From a virus (lineage: Duplodnaviria; Caudoviricetes), in the IMG/VR virus record IMGVR_UViG_2744054842_000001, positions 1 through 64,000 of that record: a DNA stretch of 64,000 nt. One strand, given 5' to 3'. This document shows positions 54,001 to 63,555 of the stretch, in pieces. The first letter of the stretch is position 1, and every line of letters begins with the position of its first letter. The notes beneath the pieces are model-generated. The model was not told the origin of the DNA and did not search any database. It saw only the letters and a list, made by a program, of their open reading frames with translations. A program made the position numbers and the translations under genes.

Positions 54001-55296
54001 ATGATGTACCACGAAGGATTTGAAGAGCTTAAAAGAGCGCTTGAGAAGCAAAGAGCCGAGCGGCTAACTTTGCCCCCGAGATTCTCTTTTAAAGAACATG
54101 ATGTCTATAACTTTGACAGACTCATGGACTTCTTCAATTGGGACATTCATAACACCCCGGTAGAGATTGATCTAACCCAATGCCACACAGCCAATTACCA
54201 AGCTTTATCTCTGTTAGCTATTTATGGATGGCAGCTTAAGGCTCAAGGGTGCAGAGTCACATTCATTGAAAATGACAGGGGCACTGGAGCAAGCGAAATG
54301 TGGCGAAGCATGGGTGCTCGCGGCCTATTTCCTGTTCTGTTCAATGACGAGCAACAATTCAAAGGCCACCAGTTCAAACCGCTATTTGCCCTCCGAAATG
54401 CGGCCGATTTCGGTTCAATCATCCAATCTGCGGAGAGTTACACAAAGGGGTTCAACGTTGAGTATGAAAGCACTCTACGATATGTACTCAGCGAACTCCT
54501 ATACAACACCATGGAGCATGGAACGTGTTACCAAGGCAACACTCGAATACCCTCCCTTGTCCAGTTTACGTGGTACAAGAGCAGGAATGAGATCCAATTC
54601 ATTATCGCAGACCTCGGAATCGGGATCAAAAAACACATAGAACAGGCTTTCCCTCCCCTAGAGAGTGACGAGGAGGCTATTGAGTTTGCCCTCCGTCCTA
54701 AAGTTTCCGGTACGTTTGGACGATCCGACCCATACAGAACGAAAAATAATGCCGGCATGGGCCTATACATTTCGTCAAACATCATTCGCCGCCTGAATGC
54801 CGATATGCACGTTTTGTCTCGCAACGGCCTCGTACATATTTCACCCAGAGATGTAACCCAGAGAAAATTAATCAACCCATGGCCGGGAACTCTTGTACTC
54901 GTCTCCCTACGACTTGAGCAAAATACCACTTTCCTTCTGCATAAGATGATGCAGGAATTTCGTGATGCAGCAGATAAAGAACAGAAGCTAGGCGATAGTA
55001 ATGAGGAAAATTCACGGTTCGTGATTGGAATCTTTAATTTCTTTGGTAAATATGCAGAAGACAAAGAGGCTGCCATACGATTCCGCGACAAGCGAGTATT
55101 CCCAGCAATTGAAGAAGGGAAGTCCATTGTTATAGATTTTGACAATGTCGTTAGCTCTCCACATAGTTTTCTGAGCGCCCTACTCGCCTCACCAATAAAG
55201 ATTCTAGGGATGAGTGCTTATAAGAAAATTAAAGTCGTGAACGCCGCCCCCGAAATCAGGGAAACCATCGACTTCATCCTTGACGACAACACTTGA
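54001..55296 (+). CDS. HATPase_c plus STAS-like (DUF4325-like) protein, moron in the rex position
   Basis: ELLYNTMEH, IADLGIGI, NAGMGLY, WPGT boxes; C-terminal IVIDFDNVVSSPHSFLSAL; AT-rich. Confidence 0.82.
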   Translation: MMYHEGFEELKRALEKQRAERLTLPPRFSFKEHDVYNFDRLMDFFNWDIHNTPVEIDLTQCHTANYQALSLLAIYGWQLKAQGCRVTFIENDRGTGASEMWRSMGARGLFPVLFNDEQQFKGHQFKPLFALRNAADFGSIIQSAESYTKGFNVEYESTLRYVLSELLYNTMEHGTCYQGNTRIPSLVQFTWYKSRNEIQFIIADLGIGIKKHIEQAFPPLESDEEAIEFALRPKVSGTFGRSDPYRTKNNAGMGLYISSNIIRRLNADMHVLSRNGLVHISPRDVTQRKLINPWPGTLVLVSLRLEQNTTFLLHKMMQEFRDAADKEQKLGDSNEENSRFVIGIFNFFGKYAEDKEAAIRFRDKRVFPAIEEGKSIVIDFDNVVSSPHSFLSALLASPIKILGMSAYKKIKVVNAAPEIRETIDFILDDNT

Positions 55297-55381
55297 CAAA
55301 ATCCATCCCCCCGGCCATAAAGAGATTGTCGATGCGAAAGGAGTCGCGCTTCCATCGATCTCCGGCGTAATGCCTACCCGA

Positions 55382-55414
55382 AAAGCCCTTCCTTCCAGGA
55401 AGGGCTTTTCTTTT
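55382..55414. terminator. Bidirectional intrinsic terminator
   Basis: AAAGCCCTTCCT-TCC-AGGAAGGGCTTT between convergent genes. Confidence 0.75.
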
Positions 55415-55418
55415 CTCT

Positions 55419-55745
55419 TCAGATAGTTAGCTGTTCCTCCACCCTCTCCTCCTGCCAATCCCTCTCCGCGACCAGGTCGTCTCGATCGTCTGCGCTCTGC
55501 GGCTCCCACCGAACCGTCACGCTCTCGTCGTCATTGAACGTCAGGTCCAGCTCCGGCGTTTCGGCCAGCAGCCCCATCACCTCCTCCCACTCCCTGTCTC
55601 CATCCGTGTCCAGGCGATGGATCGTCACCCAGCGCTGAGTCTGCGCGATCGGGTGATTGATCATCGATGAAACCCGCAGGCCAAGGCGTTCCAGCCCGGT
55701 CATTTCCTGGCGCGCCTGCGGCGCCGACTTCTTCTGCGTGGCCAT
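55419..55745 (-). CDS. DUF1654-family protein
   Basis: GLERLGLRVSSMINHPIAQTQRWVTIHRLDTDGD. Confidence 0.8.
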   Translation of the reverse strand: MATQKKSAPQARQEMTGLERLGLRVSSMINHPIAQTQRWVTIHRLDTDGDREWEEVMGLLAETPELDLTFNDDESVTVRWEPQSADDRDDLVAERDWQEERVEEQLTI

Positions 55746-55760
55746 TCCTTCCTCCGCTAA

Positions 55761-55776
55761 CTGTACATCCATCCAG
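55761..55776. promoter_or_regulatory. LexA box (near-consensus)
   Basis: CTGT-ACATCCAT-CCAG upstream of the DUF1654 gene. Confidence 0.7.
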
Positions 55777-55793
55777 TATTGAGCAGAGCATAC

Positions 55794-55901
55794 ATCACGC
55801 CTTGTGAAAGGTGAACACGCTTCGCTTGGAAGAATTTCAAAACGGCCTCGAAAAAATAAATCACATTTCGTGTTGACATAAAAAACACATTGCGTGATAT
55901 T
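55794..55901 (+). promoter_or_regulatory. pL-like promoter with OL operators
   Basis: TTGACA (55873-55878), 17 bp, GATATT; operators ATCACGCCTTGTGAA, ATCACATTTCGTGTT, AACACATTGCGTGAT match the OR consensus. Confidence 0.8.
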
Positions 55902-55954
55902 TGCCTCAACACAGCAGTCACTCACGAGGGACTGCAGAGGCCCTCAAGCCTCAC

Positions 55955-55967
55955 CGCTCTTTAACAA
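55955..55967 (+). promoter_or_regulatory. boxA antitermination element
   Basis: CGCTCTTTAACAA shortly downstream of pL. Confidence 0.7.
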
Positions 55968-56248
55968 CCTGCGCCATGCCCGACTACCCGGCCCAGCCGG
56001 TTAGGTCACTCCCGGCTCCATCGGTGGGAGGTCAGTAAACCGATGAACAAAACCGCACTTGCCTCTACCGGCGACCGGCGATCCGACAGGCCCGAAAGCC
56101 TGCCCACGCGCAGCCCACTGCGACGGCGGACGAGGTGTTGACCGAACTGAGTGGATGACCTGGTAAGCGGGTGCGGAGAAACACCACGAGATTCACTGAA
56201 GCACCTGGGCGACCGGGTGCTTTGGGAATCCACTGGAGGAACGCCGAT

Positions 56249-56428
56249 ATGAGTTCGTGGCGAGGCTGGGAACGAAACAATGGGAGGCCGCGCCATGCAA
56301 GCGGTCGTGTTGATGTTCGATATGCCGACGGCAAGGAGTTCCATGACCGTCGCGCAGAGGACTGCTACTGGGGCAAGGACAGTCTGATCGAGTCATGGCG
56401 GCCGACCCCGACCAACCAAATCAAATGA
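56249..56428 (+). CDS. Small early protein
   Basis: GGAGG RBS; VDVRYADG..W..WR. Confidence 0.55.
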   Translation: MSSWRGWERNNGRPRHASGRVDVRYADGKEFHDRRAEDCYWGKDSLIESWRPTPTNQIK

Positions 56429-56502
56429 GCGACAGGCAATTTCACTGGCTGGCCTTGGCGACAGGGCCAGACGGGAAATCAACCGCCCTGGAGGGCAAGA
56501 CG

Positions 56503-56697
56503 ATGAACCTGAATGACAGAAAGCAGGACGACCGAATCCGATCGGCCCTGCGCAATGCGGATCGTCGCGGTCAGCTGCAAGTGGTTGCAGCGGTAACCGG
56601 CATTGCCGGTGGCGTCGATAAGCTGCGCGAGATCATGAACAGCACCGACGAGTTGCACATCATGGACCGCGGCATGCTAGCCCTGCACCTGGGCTGA
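56503..56697 (+). CDS. Small early protein
   Basis: GGAGG RBS, 64 aa. Confidence 0.6.
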   Translation: MNLNDRKQDDRIRSALRNADRRGQLQVVAAVTGIAGGVDKLREIMNSTDELHIMDRGMLALHLG

Positions 56698-56864
56698 ATA
56701 CCTTGACGGCCGGAAAGACTGGCCCGATGCCCTGCTCCCCATCGCAGGCTGCATCGGTGGACCAATTGGTGAAGGACAACCCAGCCTCTCACACCCCGGG
56801 CGAAGCTGGTCGAGCTATGAAGCCAGTTGCTCCACCGATGCATCCCGCATCCGTAGGAGACGAA

Positions 56865-57089
56865 ATGAAAAGAACCCATCTCATCGATTCCGTGTCGGTT
56901 ACCGATCCGTCGGGCTACAGCCATACAGTGAACGTATACGAGGATGAAATCCTCACCCAAACCCTGCAGGGAACTCGCAGCACCAAGGGCCTGAAGTCAT
57001 ACGCCCTGGCCAACGGAAACCCTGTCAACTTCATCTCAGAAGGCAAGTTTTACGACGTTTTCGGCGAGCGCACCCTGACCGCCGCGTAA
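56865..57089 (+). CDS. Small early protein
   Basis: AGGAG RBS, 74 aa. Confidence 0.6.
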   Translation: MKRTHLIDSVSVTDPSGYSHTVNVYEDEILTQTLQGTRSTKGLKSYALANGNPVNFISEGKFYDVFGERTLTAA

Positions 57090-57238
57090 TCCCCTCAAGC
57101 GATAGCGGGCCGCGTTGTAGCCCGCACTACCCCTCTCACTTCACATCGACCGCATTGGCAGGCGCCAGGCCACCTTTCACGGTGGGTTTGGTCACCCGCG
57201 CCTGGCTCCTGGCCAATGCGGTCCAGAGGATTTTCCAT

Positions 57239-57478
57239 ATGTGCGATTGCAGGCAGAAATTCGAAAAGGCTGCAGCAGAGCGGCACCCTGAAATCATCGG
57301 TGCCGAGGCTACCTTGCAGGGTTACATGCTCATTCCAGCCGGCCGCCAGTACGCGAAATGCGAGGTCGTCGGAACCCGCACCACAGCCAAAGGCAAAGAA
57401 GTTAAGGCCAAGGCAACCATCAACGTGCTTGGCAACTACTGCATGTTCTGCGGTGAGAAGCACCCGGAGGCAGCATGA
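57239..57478 (+). CDS. Small zinc-binding early protein
   Basis: MCDC..YCMFCG. Confidence 0.65.
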   Translation: MCDCRQKFEKAAAERHPEIIGAEATLQGYMLIPAGRQYAKCEVVGTRTTAKGKEVKAKATINVLGNYCMFCGEKHPEAA

Positions 57479-57780
57479 GCAAAGTAACAGGCGGCCCTGC
57501 CTTCCCAACGCAGATCAACAACAGCGGAATCACGCCGATCAAGGGTTTCAATGGCGAAGAAATCAAGCCGCAAACCTTCAGCGCATACCCGGGCATGAAC
57601 CTGCGTGATTACTTCGCCGCCAAGTTCGCAGCTGCTCAGGCAACTGCGACCAGTGCAGACAGCAATTTCATAAACCCTGGCTACGTTGATCCGCGCGATG
57701 GTAGGCCGGTCGCACAGAAGATTGCGGAAACCTCCTACGAACTAGCCGACGCCATGCTCGCCGCCCGGTTGAAGCCATGA
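57475..57780 (+). CDS. Phage protein (GGPAFP..LRDYFAAK family)
   Basis: TGGPAFP, GMNLRDYFAAK, YELADAMLAAR. Confidence 0.8.
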   Translation: MSKVTGGPAFPTQINNSGITPIKGFNGEEIKPQTFSAYPGMNLRDYFAAKFAAAQATATSADSNFINPGYVDPRDGRPVAQKIAETSYELADAMLAARLKP

Positions 57781-58211
57781 GCAAGCTCGGTTACTGCGAG
57801 GGTGAAACCTGCGCCCGCGATGGCTGCGAGGGCTCCATCGAAATAGAGTCAGTAAAGGATTGCAGCTGCCACATCGCTGCGCCCTGCTGGAATCACGAGA
57901 ACGCCGACATGCACTGCCCCGATTGCGGGTGGCGCGCAGCCGATGACCCTCTCTGCGTTCGTGAGATCGAATCCATCAGCTTGGGCGCCCCTCTTCCCTT
58001 CATCCAGACAAAACCGCGCGTGCTCGACCCTACCAAGATCGACTGGGTGGCAAAGCTTCACACAGCCAGCTCGATGATCAAGGAAGGCGTTTTCCCTGTT
58101 GGCACCACCGCCAAGGAAGTTGAGGAAAAGGTGCGCGGCACCTTTGGCGGCCGCTTCGAGCGATTCGACGCGGAAAAAGGCCTCTTCAAGTACATCGCAT
58201 ACCCCGACTGA
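57777..58211 (+). CDS. Cys-rich phage protein
   Basis: CARDGC, CSCHIAAPC, CPDCGW. Confidence 0.7.
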   Translation: MSKLGYCEGETCARDGCEGSIEIESVKDCSCHIAAPCWNHENADMHCPDCGWRAADDPLCVREIESISLGAPLPFIQTKPRVLDPTKIDWVAKLHTASSMIKEGVFPVGTTAKEVEEKVRGTFGGRFERFDAEKGLFKYIAYPD

Positions 58212-58232
58212 ACCCACCACCTGGAGGCGACC

Positions 58233-58652
58233 ATGGGCGCACTTCGAGCAGCACAATGGCAGTACGACAACCAGTTGCCTCCGGCGGTGAGCGAAAGCGC
58301 GGCTGAGCAGGCGGAGGCACGCTGGATCGACGACGGTATCGCAGAGCTGATGGCGCGCCGTGACGTAGTGTTCCAGCGCAACTTCCGCCAGCGTGGCGTG
58401 ACCTACGAACGCTTCGCTCAGGCGGTGGATGAGTTCGTGATGGGCCAGCTTGGGCTGTCTGGCATCAGCAATTCGGTGCTTGGCCGTCTGGTCCTGTCTG
58501 CGCGCTGCAAGGTCACCAGCGATGCCGCGGCAGCTGCCGACGAAATCATGAGCATGGCGAGCCCTGAGGCAGCACTACAGGAGATCGCCCGCCAGCTGCT
58601 CACGCCCTTCGCCAAGGAAGCAGTGCTGGCCCAGGCCGAGGACGCGGAATGA
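58233..58652 (+). CDS. Hypothetical phage protein
   Basis: GGAGG RBS; AQWQYDNQLPP. Confidence 0.7.
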   Translation: MGALRAAQWQYDNQLPPAVSESAAEQAEARWIDDGIAELMARRDVVFQRNFRQRGVTYERFAQAVDEFVMGQLGLSGISNSVLGRLVLSARCKVTSDAAAAADEIMSMASPEAALQEIARQLLTPFAKEAVLAQAEDAE

Positions 58653-58852
58653 ATCCTCACAGCGTGGCGGTTCGCGCCATCGAGGCCGCAATCGAGACGA
58701 TGCTTCTGCCGGGCTCAGGCCCGGTGGAGGATGCGAAGGCCGAATCCATGGTGGTCGCATGCTTCTCTCTTCTGGCCATCGACTCCAACGAGTTTAAACA
58801 CTACTGCGAGCGCATTCGGCGTATTGCCGTTCGGCGCAAGGAGGCTGCATGA
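58649..58852 (+). CDS. Small phage protein
   Basis: Coupled overlaps. Confidence 0.6.
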   Translation: MNPHSVAVRAIEAAIETMLLPGSGPVEDAKAESMVVACFSLLAIDSNEFKHYCERIRRIAVRRKEAA

Positions 58853-59019
58853 GCACCGCACCTGTCAAATCCCTGATTGACGAACAGCTTGAGCAGATCG
58901 AACGCAGCCTGGCGATCATCGGCGTGGGTCTTCCCCGCGAACTCCCGGTGCAGAAGCTGCCGCCGGAGATCGTCGCGGCGCTCAAGGCCGGCCAGATCGC
59001 TGTGAGGCCCCGGCCATGA
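58849..59019 (+). CDS. 56-aa phage protein
   Basis: MSTAPVKSLIDEQLEQIER; ATGA overlaps. Confidence 0.55.
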   Translation: MSTAPVKSLIDEQLEQIERSLAIIGVGLPRELPVQKLPPEIVAALKAGQIAVRPRP

Positions 59020-59132
59020 CCAGCTACCAGCGCGCCCGGCGCCTGGTCATCTGGCGCGGCTCCTTCTCCATGCTCTTCGCCTGCACCTTCTTCATGCTCG
59101 CCAGTGCACTGGCCGGCAGCATCACTTCCTGA
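59016..59132 (+). CDS. 38-aa hydrophobic peptide
   Basis: MTSYQRARRLVIWRG plus TM; ATGA overlap. Confidence 0.45.
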   Translation: MTSYQRARRLVIWRGSFSMLFACTFFMLASALAGSITS

Positions 59133-59305
59133 ACACACACCCGGCGCACGGCGGGCCTTCGGGATAACCGTACCCCTTCGGGAGCGTAAGCGGCGAGAGC
59201 GCGCAACCATCCACCGCAGCCAGGGCCTGGAGCGTACCTCCGTGCCTGGGTGACCTGGCATTTCCCCTTTCAACTGACGGCGCCGGCCTGGCGCGAGGTT
59301 TTCCA

Positions 59306-60037
59306 ATGTCCACTACCAACATGCGCATCTGGGAGAAGGTCCAGACGACCGACACCCGATTTACCAAGGACGCCAAGGTCGGCGGCCAGCAGATCACCAG
59401 CCTGAACGGCACCGCCATGATCATGAAGGCCACTGAGGTCTTCGGGCCGGCCGGCATCGGCTTCGGCTGGAACGTGGTTGAGGAGCGCTTCGACAAGGGC
59501 GCCGAGATGTTCAGCGGCGAAGGCGACAAGCGCGTCAGCCTGGGCTTCGAGCTAAACCACACAATCAAAATCACCTTCTGGTTTGTGCTCGACGGCCAGC
59601 GCGGCGAGATCGAGCAATACGGGTGCACCCAGTACCTCTACAAGTCGAAGTACGGCACCACCACCGATGGCGAGGCACCGAAAAAGTCGCTGACCGACGC
59701 CATCAAGAAGGCTCTTTCCATGCTGGGCTTCAGCGCCGATGTGTTCCTGGGCATGTTCGACGATGTGAATTACGTGCAGCAGCTGCAGGCCGAGCAGGCC
59801 ATCGAGCAGGCCGAAGACCGCCAGGCCGAGATAGAGCGCCAACAGCAGGAGCGCCTGGACTTTATCAAGGACACGATCGAGACCATGCAGAAGGCGGTGA
59901 CGCCGCATGAGCGCAAGAAGATCCACGACCACGCAGTACGCAAGCTCATCGGCCGCAAAGATGAGAAAGGAGCTGCGCGAATCTCGCTCGAACTGAAGAA
60001 CCTTGAGGCCGGGAAACCACAGGAGGCTGCAGCATGA
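59306..60037 (+). CDS. Single-strand annealing recombinase (Sak/Rad52-like)
   Basis: ATEVFGPAGIGFGW..EAPKKSLTDAIKKALSMLGFSADVFLG. Confidence 0.8.
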   Translation: MSTTNMRIWEKVQTTDTRFTKDAKVGGQQITSLNGTAMIMKATEVFGPAGIGFGWNVVEERFDKGAEMFSGEGDKRVSLGFELNHTIKITFWFVLDGQRGEIEQYGCTQYLYKSKYGTTTDGEAPKKSLTDAIKKALSMLGFSADVFLGMFDDVNYVQQLQAEQAIEQAEDRQAEIERQQQERLDFIKDTIETMQKAVTPHERKKIHDHAVRKLIGRKDEKGAARISLELKNLEAGKPQEAAA

Positions 60038-60597
60038 CCCAGCTCTACGCACTCACCGGCCAGATGGCCGAACTGGCCGCCATGTGTGACACCGACGACG
60101 AAGGCCTCAAGCAGGCCATTCAGGACACCATGGCCGGCATCCAGGGCGAGTTCGAGGTGAAGGCCGACAACATCGTCATGCTGCGCCGGAACATCGAGGG
60201 CGACATCAGCGCGATCGACGCGGAAATCGACCGCCTCAACGAACTCAAGCGCATCAAGACCAACAGCGTGACGGCCATTACCGACTACCTGCGCCGCAAC
60301 ATGGACGCAGCGAATATCAAGTCGATCAAGCGCCCGCTGTTCACCATCAGCCTGGTCATCGGCAAGGAGAAGGTGATTGTCGACAACGAGGACGCGGTAC
60401 CAGACGACCTCACTTCGGTGGCTACCAAAATCACGCCGGACAAGAACGCCATCGCCGCCAAGCTCAAGGAGTACCGCGAGCACAACGAGTCGGTACGCAA
60501 GCGAATGGCCGCCGGCGAAGACTGCGAAGACGAACTCATCCCCGAGCCAAGCTGGGCGCATCTGGAGCGCGGCGAGAGCTCGATCCGAATCAAGTGA
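60034..60597 (+). CDS. Siphovirus Gp157-family protein
   Basis: MTQLYALT..IDAEIDRL..DKNAIAAKLK..AHLERGESSIRIK. Confidence 0.85.
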   Translation: MTQLYALTGQMAELAAMCDTDDEGLKQAIQDTMAGIQGEFEVKADNIVMLRRNIEGDISAIDAEIDRLNELKRIKTNSVTAITDYLRRNMDAANIKSIKRPLFTISLVIGKEKVIVDNEDAVPDDLTSVATKITPDKNAIAAKLKEYREHNESVRKRMAAGEDCEDELIPEPSWAHLERGESSIRIK

Positions 60598-60604
60598 GGT
60601 TGGC

Positions 60605-61117
60605 ATGAACCAATCAATCGACCTGGAGGCCGCAAAAGCGGCCTTCTTCGCGTCTGGCGGCCAGCTCGTCGTGCTGGAGGGCTTCACCTACCGGCCGCTG
60701 CCGCAGCGCAAGCACCCTGAGCCCAAGCCGAAGCGGGCCAAGCCTGCTGCGCATAAGTCGGAACACCCGCAACAAAGCCGGGCCAGGACTCGCGCCGCAC
60801 AGATCGCCGAGCTTGCCAAGACCATGACCTGTGGCGAGGTCGCGAAGCTCCTGGGCGAGACCAAGGGAGCGCTTTGGGGCGTAGCCGCTCGCGAAGGATT
60901 TAGGTTCTGCAAGCCGCCGCGCCAGGCGCAGCCAGTGAGAGACGCGGCCGCTCAAGAGGCTGCCGATCGGGAATTGGCAGACCGGATCATTGCCTTGCGC
61001 GATGAGGGTATGTCCCGCTGCCGGGCAACTGCAGCACTCGGAATCGGCAATCGCAAGCTGGAGCGGATCTTGGCTGCATACAAGATCAACTTCCCGCTTC
61101 AGCGGCATAGGGGATAG
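60605..61117 (+). CDS. Phage protein with HTH-like segments
   Basis: AAFFASGGQL..; ATAALGIGNRKLERIL. Confidence 0.65.
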   Translation: MNQSIDLEAAKAAFFASGGQLVVLEGFTYRPLPQRKHPEPKPKRAKPAAHKSEHPQQSRARTRAAQIAELAKTMTCGEVAKLLGETKGALWGVAAREGFRFCKPPRQAQPVRDAAAQEAADRELADRIIALRDEGMSRCRATAALGIGNRKLERILAAYKINFPLQRHRG

Positions 61118-61120
61118 GCC

Positions 61121-61315
61121 ATGAGCGACCACGGCGAGCACCCCAGCGTCTACTACCTTGGCCGGGAATGCCGCCGCAACGGTGGCGGCAAGATGGCCAA
61201 CCCATTCGCCTCTCACACGTTCCACGGCTCCTGGTTTTTGGCGGGCTGGAACGACATGGATCTTGAGATTGGACAGAAAAATCCGAAGCGCGCTGCAAAG
61301 AACAAGGCGGCGTGA
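61121..61315 (+). CDS. Small phage protein
   Basis: NPF..WFLAGWND. Confidence 0.5.
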   Translation: MSDHGEHPSVYYLGRECRRNGGGKMANPFASHTFHGSWFLAGWNDMDLEIGQKNPKRAAKNKAA

Positions 61316-61356
61316 GCAGTTCAACCTACCGCCCAGCGGATTGAAGGAGGTGCCGT

Positions 61357-61887
61357 ATGGCGATGTCTCAGCAGGCCCGCGACGAGAAGCGCCGCGCCAA
61401 GGCCGCCAAGTTGCAGGAAGAAGACCTGCGCTTGAAGGTTCGACCAGGGACTAAACAGGCCCTGCTGGAGCTGATGGAGTGGGCCGGGATCGAGGAACAG
61501 GGCGAGGCGATGACGCTGATGATTCATCACATCGAAGCGCTCGGGCATCACGCACTGCTCAGGATCTCGCGCCACGAAATCGATGCCTACCGAACTGTGG
61601 CGCGGACTGAGCCGCTGCGGTTGTCAGCCAGGAAGCGAACCGGCCAACACCTGCGAGCGATCTGCGGCTGGGCTGATGCCACCTACAGCCAGATGATCGA
61701 AGCGCTGATTCACGGAATCCACGCACTGGGCAGGCTGCACGCGGTGAAGTTTCTCACCCCGCCGCGGCATGAGATCAGCATCTCGCCCCGCCTGGCCATG
61801 GCCTTCGACCGGAAGAGCATGCTGATGATTCAGCAGGATCCAGGGGATGAGGTGATCACTCCCGTCGGCCTAGTATCAGGATACTGA
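61357..61887 (+). CDS. Phage protein with an internally duplicated RHH-like domain
   Basis: LRLKVRPGTKQAL..IEALG and LRLSARKRTGQHL..IHALG. Confidence 0.7.
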   Translation: MAMSQQARDEKRRAKAAKLQEEDLRLKVRPGTKQALLELMEWAGIEEQGEAMTLMIHHIEALGHHALLRISRHEIDAYRTVARTEPLRLSARKRTGQHLRAICGWADATYSQMIEALIHGIHALGRLHAVKFLTPPRHEISISPRLAMAFDRKSMLMIQQDPGDEVITPVGLVSGY

Positions 61888-62322
61888 TCTGGCGTTGAGC
61901 ACTCGTCTAACAATCGCAACTAGGGTTCTATAACTCCATTCTGGGTGCTCGCGCGCCATCAATACGTCGCCGGCTGCAGACAAGATGGAACCATCGGATT
62001 TCATCAAGAACCTGCTTACCTCCATGGGTTCGCCCGATACCAGGTCGTTGATGACGACCACAGCCTCGATAACGCCGTTACCTTCATAGCCCAAAGGCTC
62101 ATATCGGATGACGAACTTTTTACCAACAATTTCGCCATTGATGCAGCCATTCACGGGATCAGCCGAAACTACAAGCGATCGCCCCCAGTGGTGGCTTCCT
62201 ACCTCGCTCCAATGCTCAACCATACCTAACAGCTTTTCAGCGGCGCCTTTGACGGCGAACTTGGTAACGCCCAATTGCTTCTGAAACAGGTCTACATCGT
62301 AATCGAAATCGGTGTTGTCCAT
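61876..62322 (-). CDS. Moron, hypothetical protein
   Basis: 148 aa, AAGGAG RBS, opposite strand, AT-richer. Confidence 0.65.
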   Translation of the reverse strand: MDNTDFDYDVDLFQKQLGVTKFAVKGAAEKLLGMVEHWSEVGSHHWGRSLVVSADPVNGCINGEIVGKKFVIRYEPLGYEGNGVIEAVVVINDLVSGEPMEVSRFLMKSDGSILSAAGDVLMAREHPEWSYRTLVAIVRRVLNARSVS

Positions 62323-62434
62323 AGCAACCGCTCCTTGGGCCGGCCCCATGCCGGCCACCCGTAATACCCCATCCCAAACCAAATTGCCACTATGCCGCGA
62401 CCCAGGAAGGGCCTCGCGCACCCAGGAGAAACAC

Positions 62435-63175
62435 ATGAAGGTCGACACCGAAGTCATGTCGCTGCTCAGCGCTGCACGAACCGAAGGCAACAAACTGTTC
62501 ATCACAGGCGGCCAGCTGGAGCGCGGCCTGTATGCCCGCTTGGACAAGACGCTGAAGGCTGCCGGAGGCAAGTGGAACACCAAGGCCAAGGCCCACCTGT
62601 TCGCCGATGACGCTGCCGAAGCGATCGAGAACATCATCCTCACTGGGGAGGTCGCGGTACCGCAGGACTTCGGTTTCTTCCCAACCCCTGGCCCTGTTGT
62701 TGATAGGCTGCTGGAGTTCGCTCAGCTGGACAAGGGTATGTCAGCCCTGGAGCCTTCGGCGGGACGAGGCGCCATTGCCAGCGCCTTGGCCATTGCTGGC
62801 TTGGAGGTGGATTGCGTCGAGCTGTTGCCGGACAACGCCAAGCACCTAGAGCAACTGCCTTTCCGCTCCGTGCGCTGTGCTGACTTCCTCAGCATCGAGC
62901 CTGAGCCGATCTATGACCGCGTCGTGATGAATCCGCCATTCGACAAGAAACGCAGCGACATTCACCACGTGCTGCACGCGCTGAAATTCCTTAAGCCGCG
63001 CGGCCTGCTGGTGGCGATCATGCCGACCGGGGTGATCTTCCGCGAAGACGCCTTGTCCCGTGACTTCCGCGGCATCGTATCAGCACGCAGCGGCAGCATC
63101 GTCAACCTGCCGGAAGCCTCGTTCAAGACCTCAGGCACCATGGTCAACACCTGCATCGCGATCATCCCCGCCTGA
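62435..63175 (+). CDS. Amino-type (N6-adenine-like) SAM-dependent methyltransferase
   Basis: FFPTP, LEPSAGRGAI, VVMNPPF. Confidence 0.85.
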   Translation: MKVDTEVMSLLSAARTEGNKLFITGGQLERGLYARLDKTLKAAGGKWNTKAKAHLFADDAAEAIENIILTGEVAVPQDFGFFPTPGPVVDRLLEFAQLDKGMSALEPSAGRGAIASALAIAGLEVDCVELLPDNAKHLEQLPFRSVRCADFLSIEPEPIYDRVVMNPPFDKKRSDIHHVLHALKFLKPRGLLVAIMPTGVIFREDALSRDFRGIVSARSGSIVNLPEASFKTSGTMVNTCIAIIPA

Positions 63176-63196
63176 CGGCACTGACCGCCAGGACTG

Positions 63197-63478
63197 CTAT
63201 CTGGTTGATGGCCAAAAGGCCGGATTTACTTCCGGTGAGTAGCCTGGCACAAACCCCTCGCAATACTTGCGTATCAACCCCAGGGCCTGCTGCGTGGTCT
63301 TGGCTCCTGAATTCTCCGGTTTGATCGCTTTCCCTCTTCGCTCGCACCGGCAGAAATGGCTTATCTCCCAGTGGAGATCGTCGTCATCAGTAAGCCCTTT
63401 GGTAATCCTAGCTTGGACCGGGTAGCCGAAAACAACGATCGAGTACGTCGCAACAACCTCTCTAATAACCAGCTGCAT
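63197..63478 (-). CDS. Hypothetical protein
   Basis: 93 aa, opposite strand, GGGGA RBS. Confidence 0.5.
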   Translation of the reverse strand: MQLVIREVVATYSIVVFGYPVQARITKGLTDDDDLHWEISHFCRCERRGKAIKPENSGAKTTQQALGLIRKYCEGFVPGYSPEVNPAFWPSTR

Positions 63479-63555
63479 ATTCCCCCCATAGATGTCAACA
63501 GTTTTCCAATTCTACCTCATTTTCTAGATGCCGTTTTTAGGGGGCAGGAACCACC

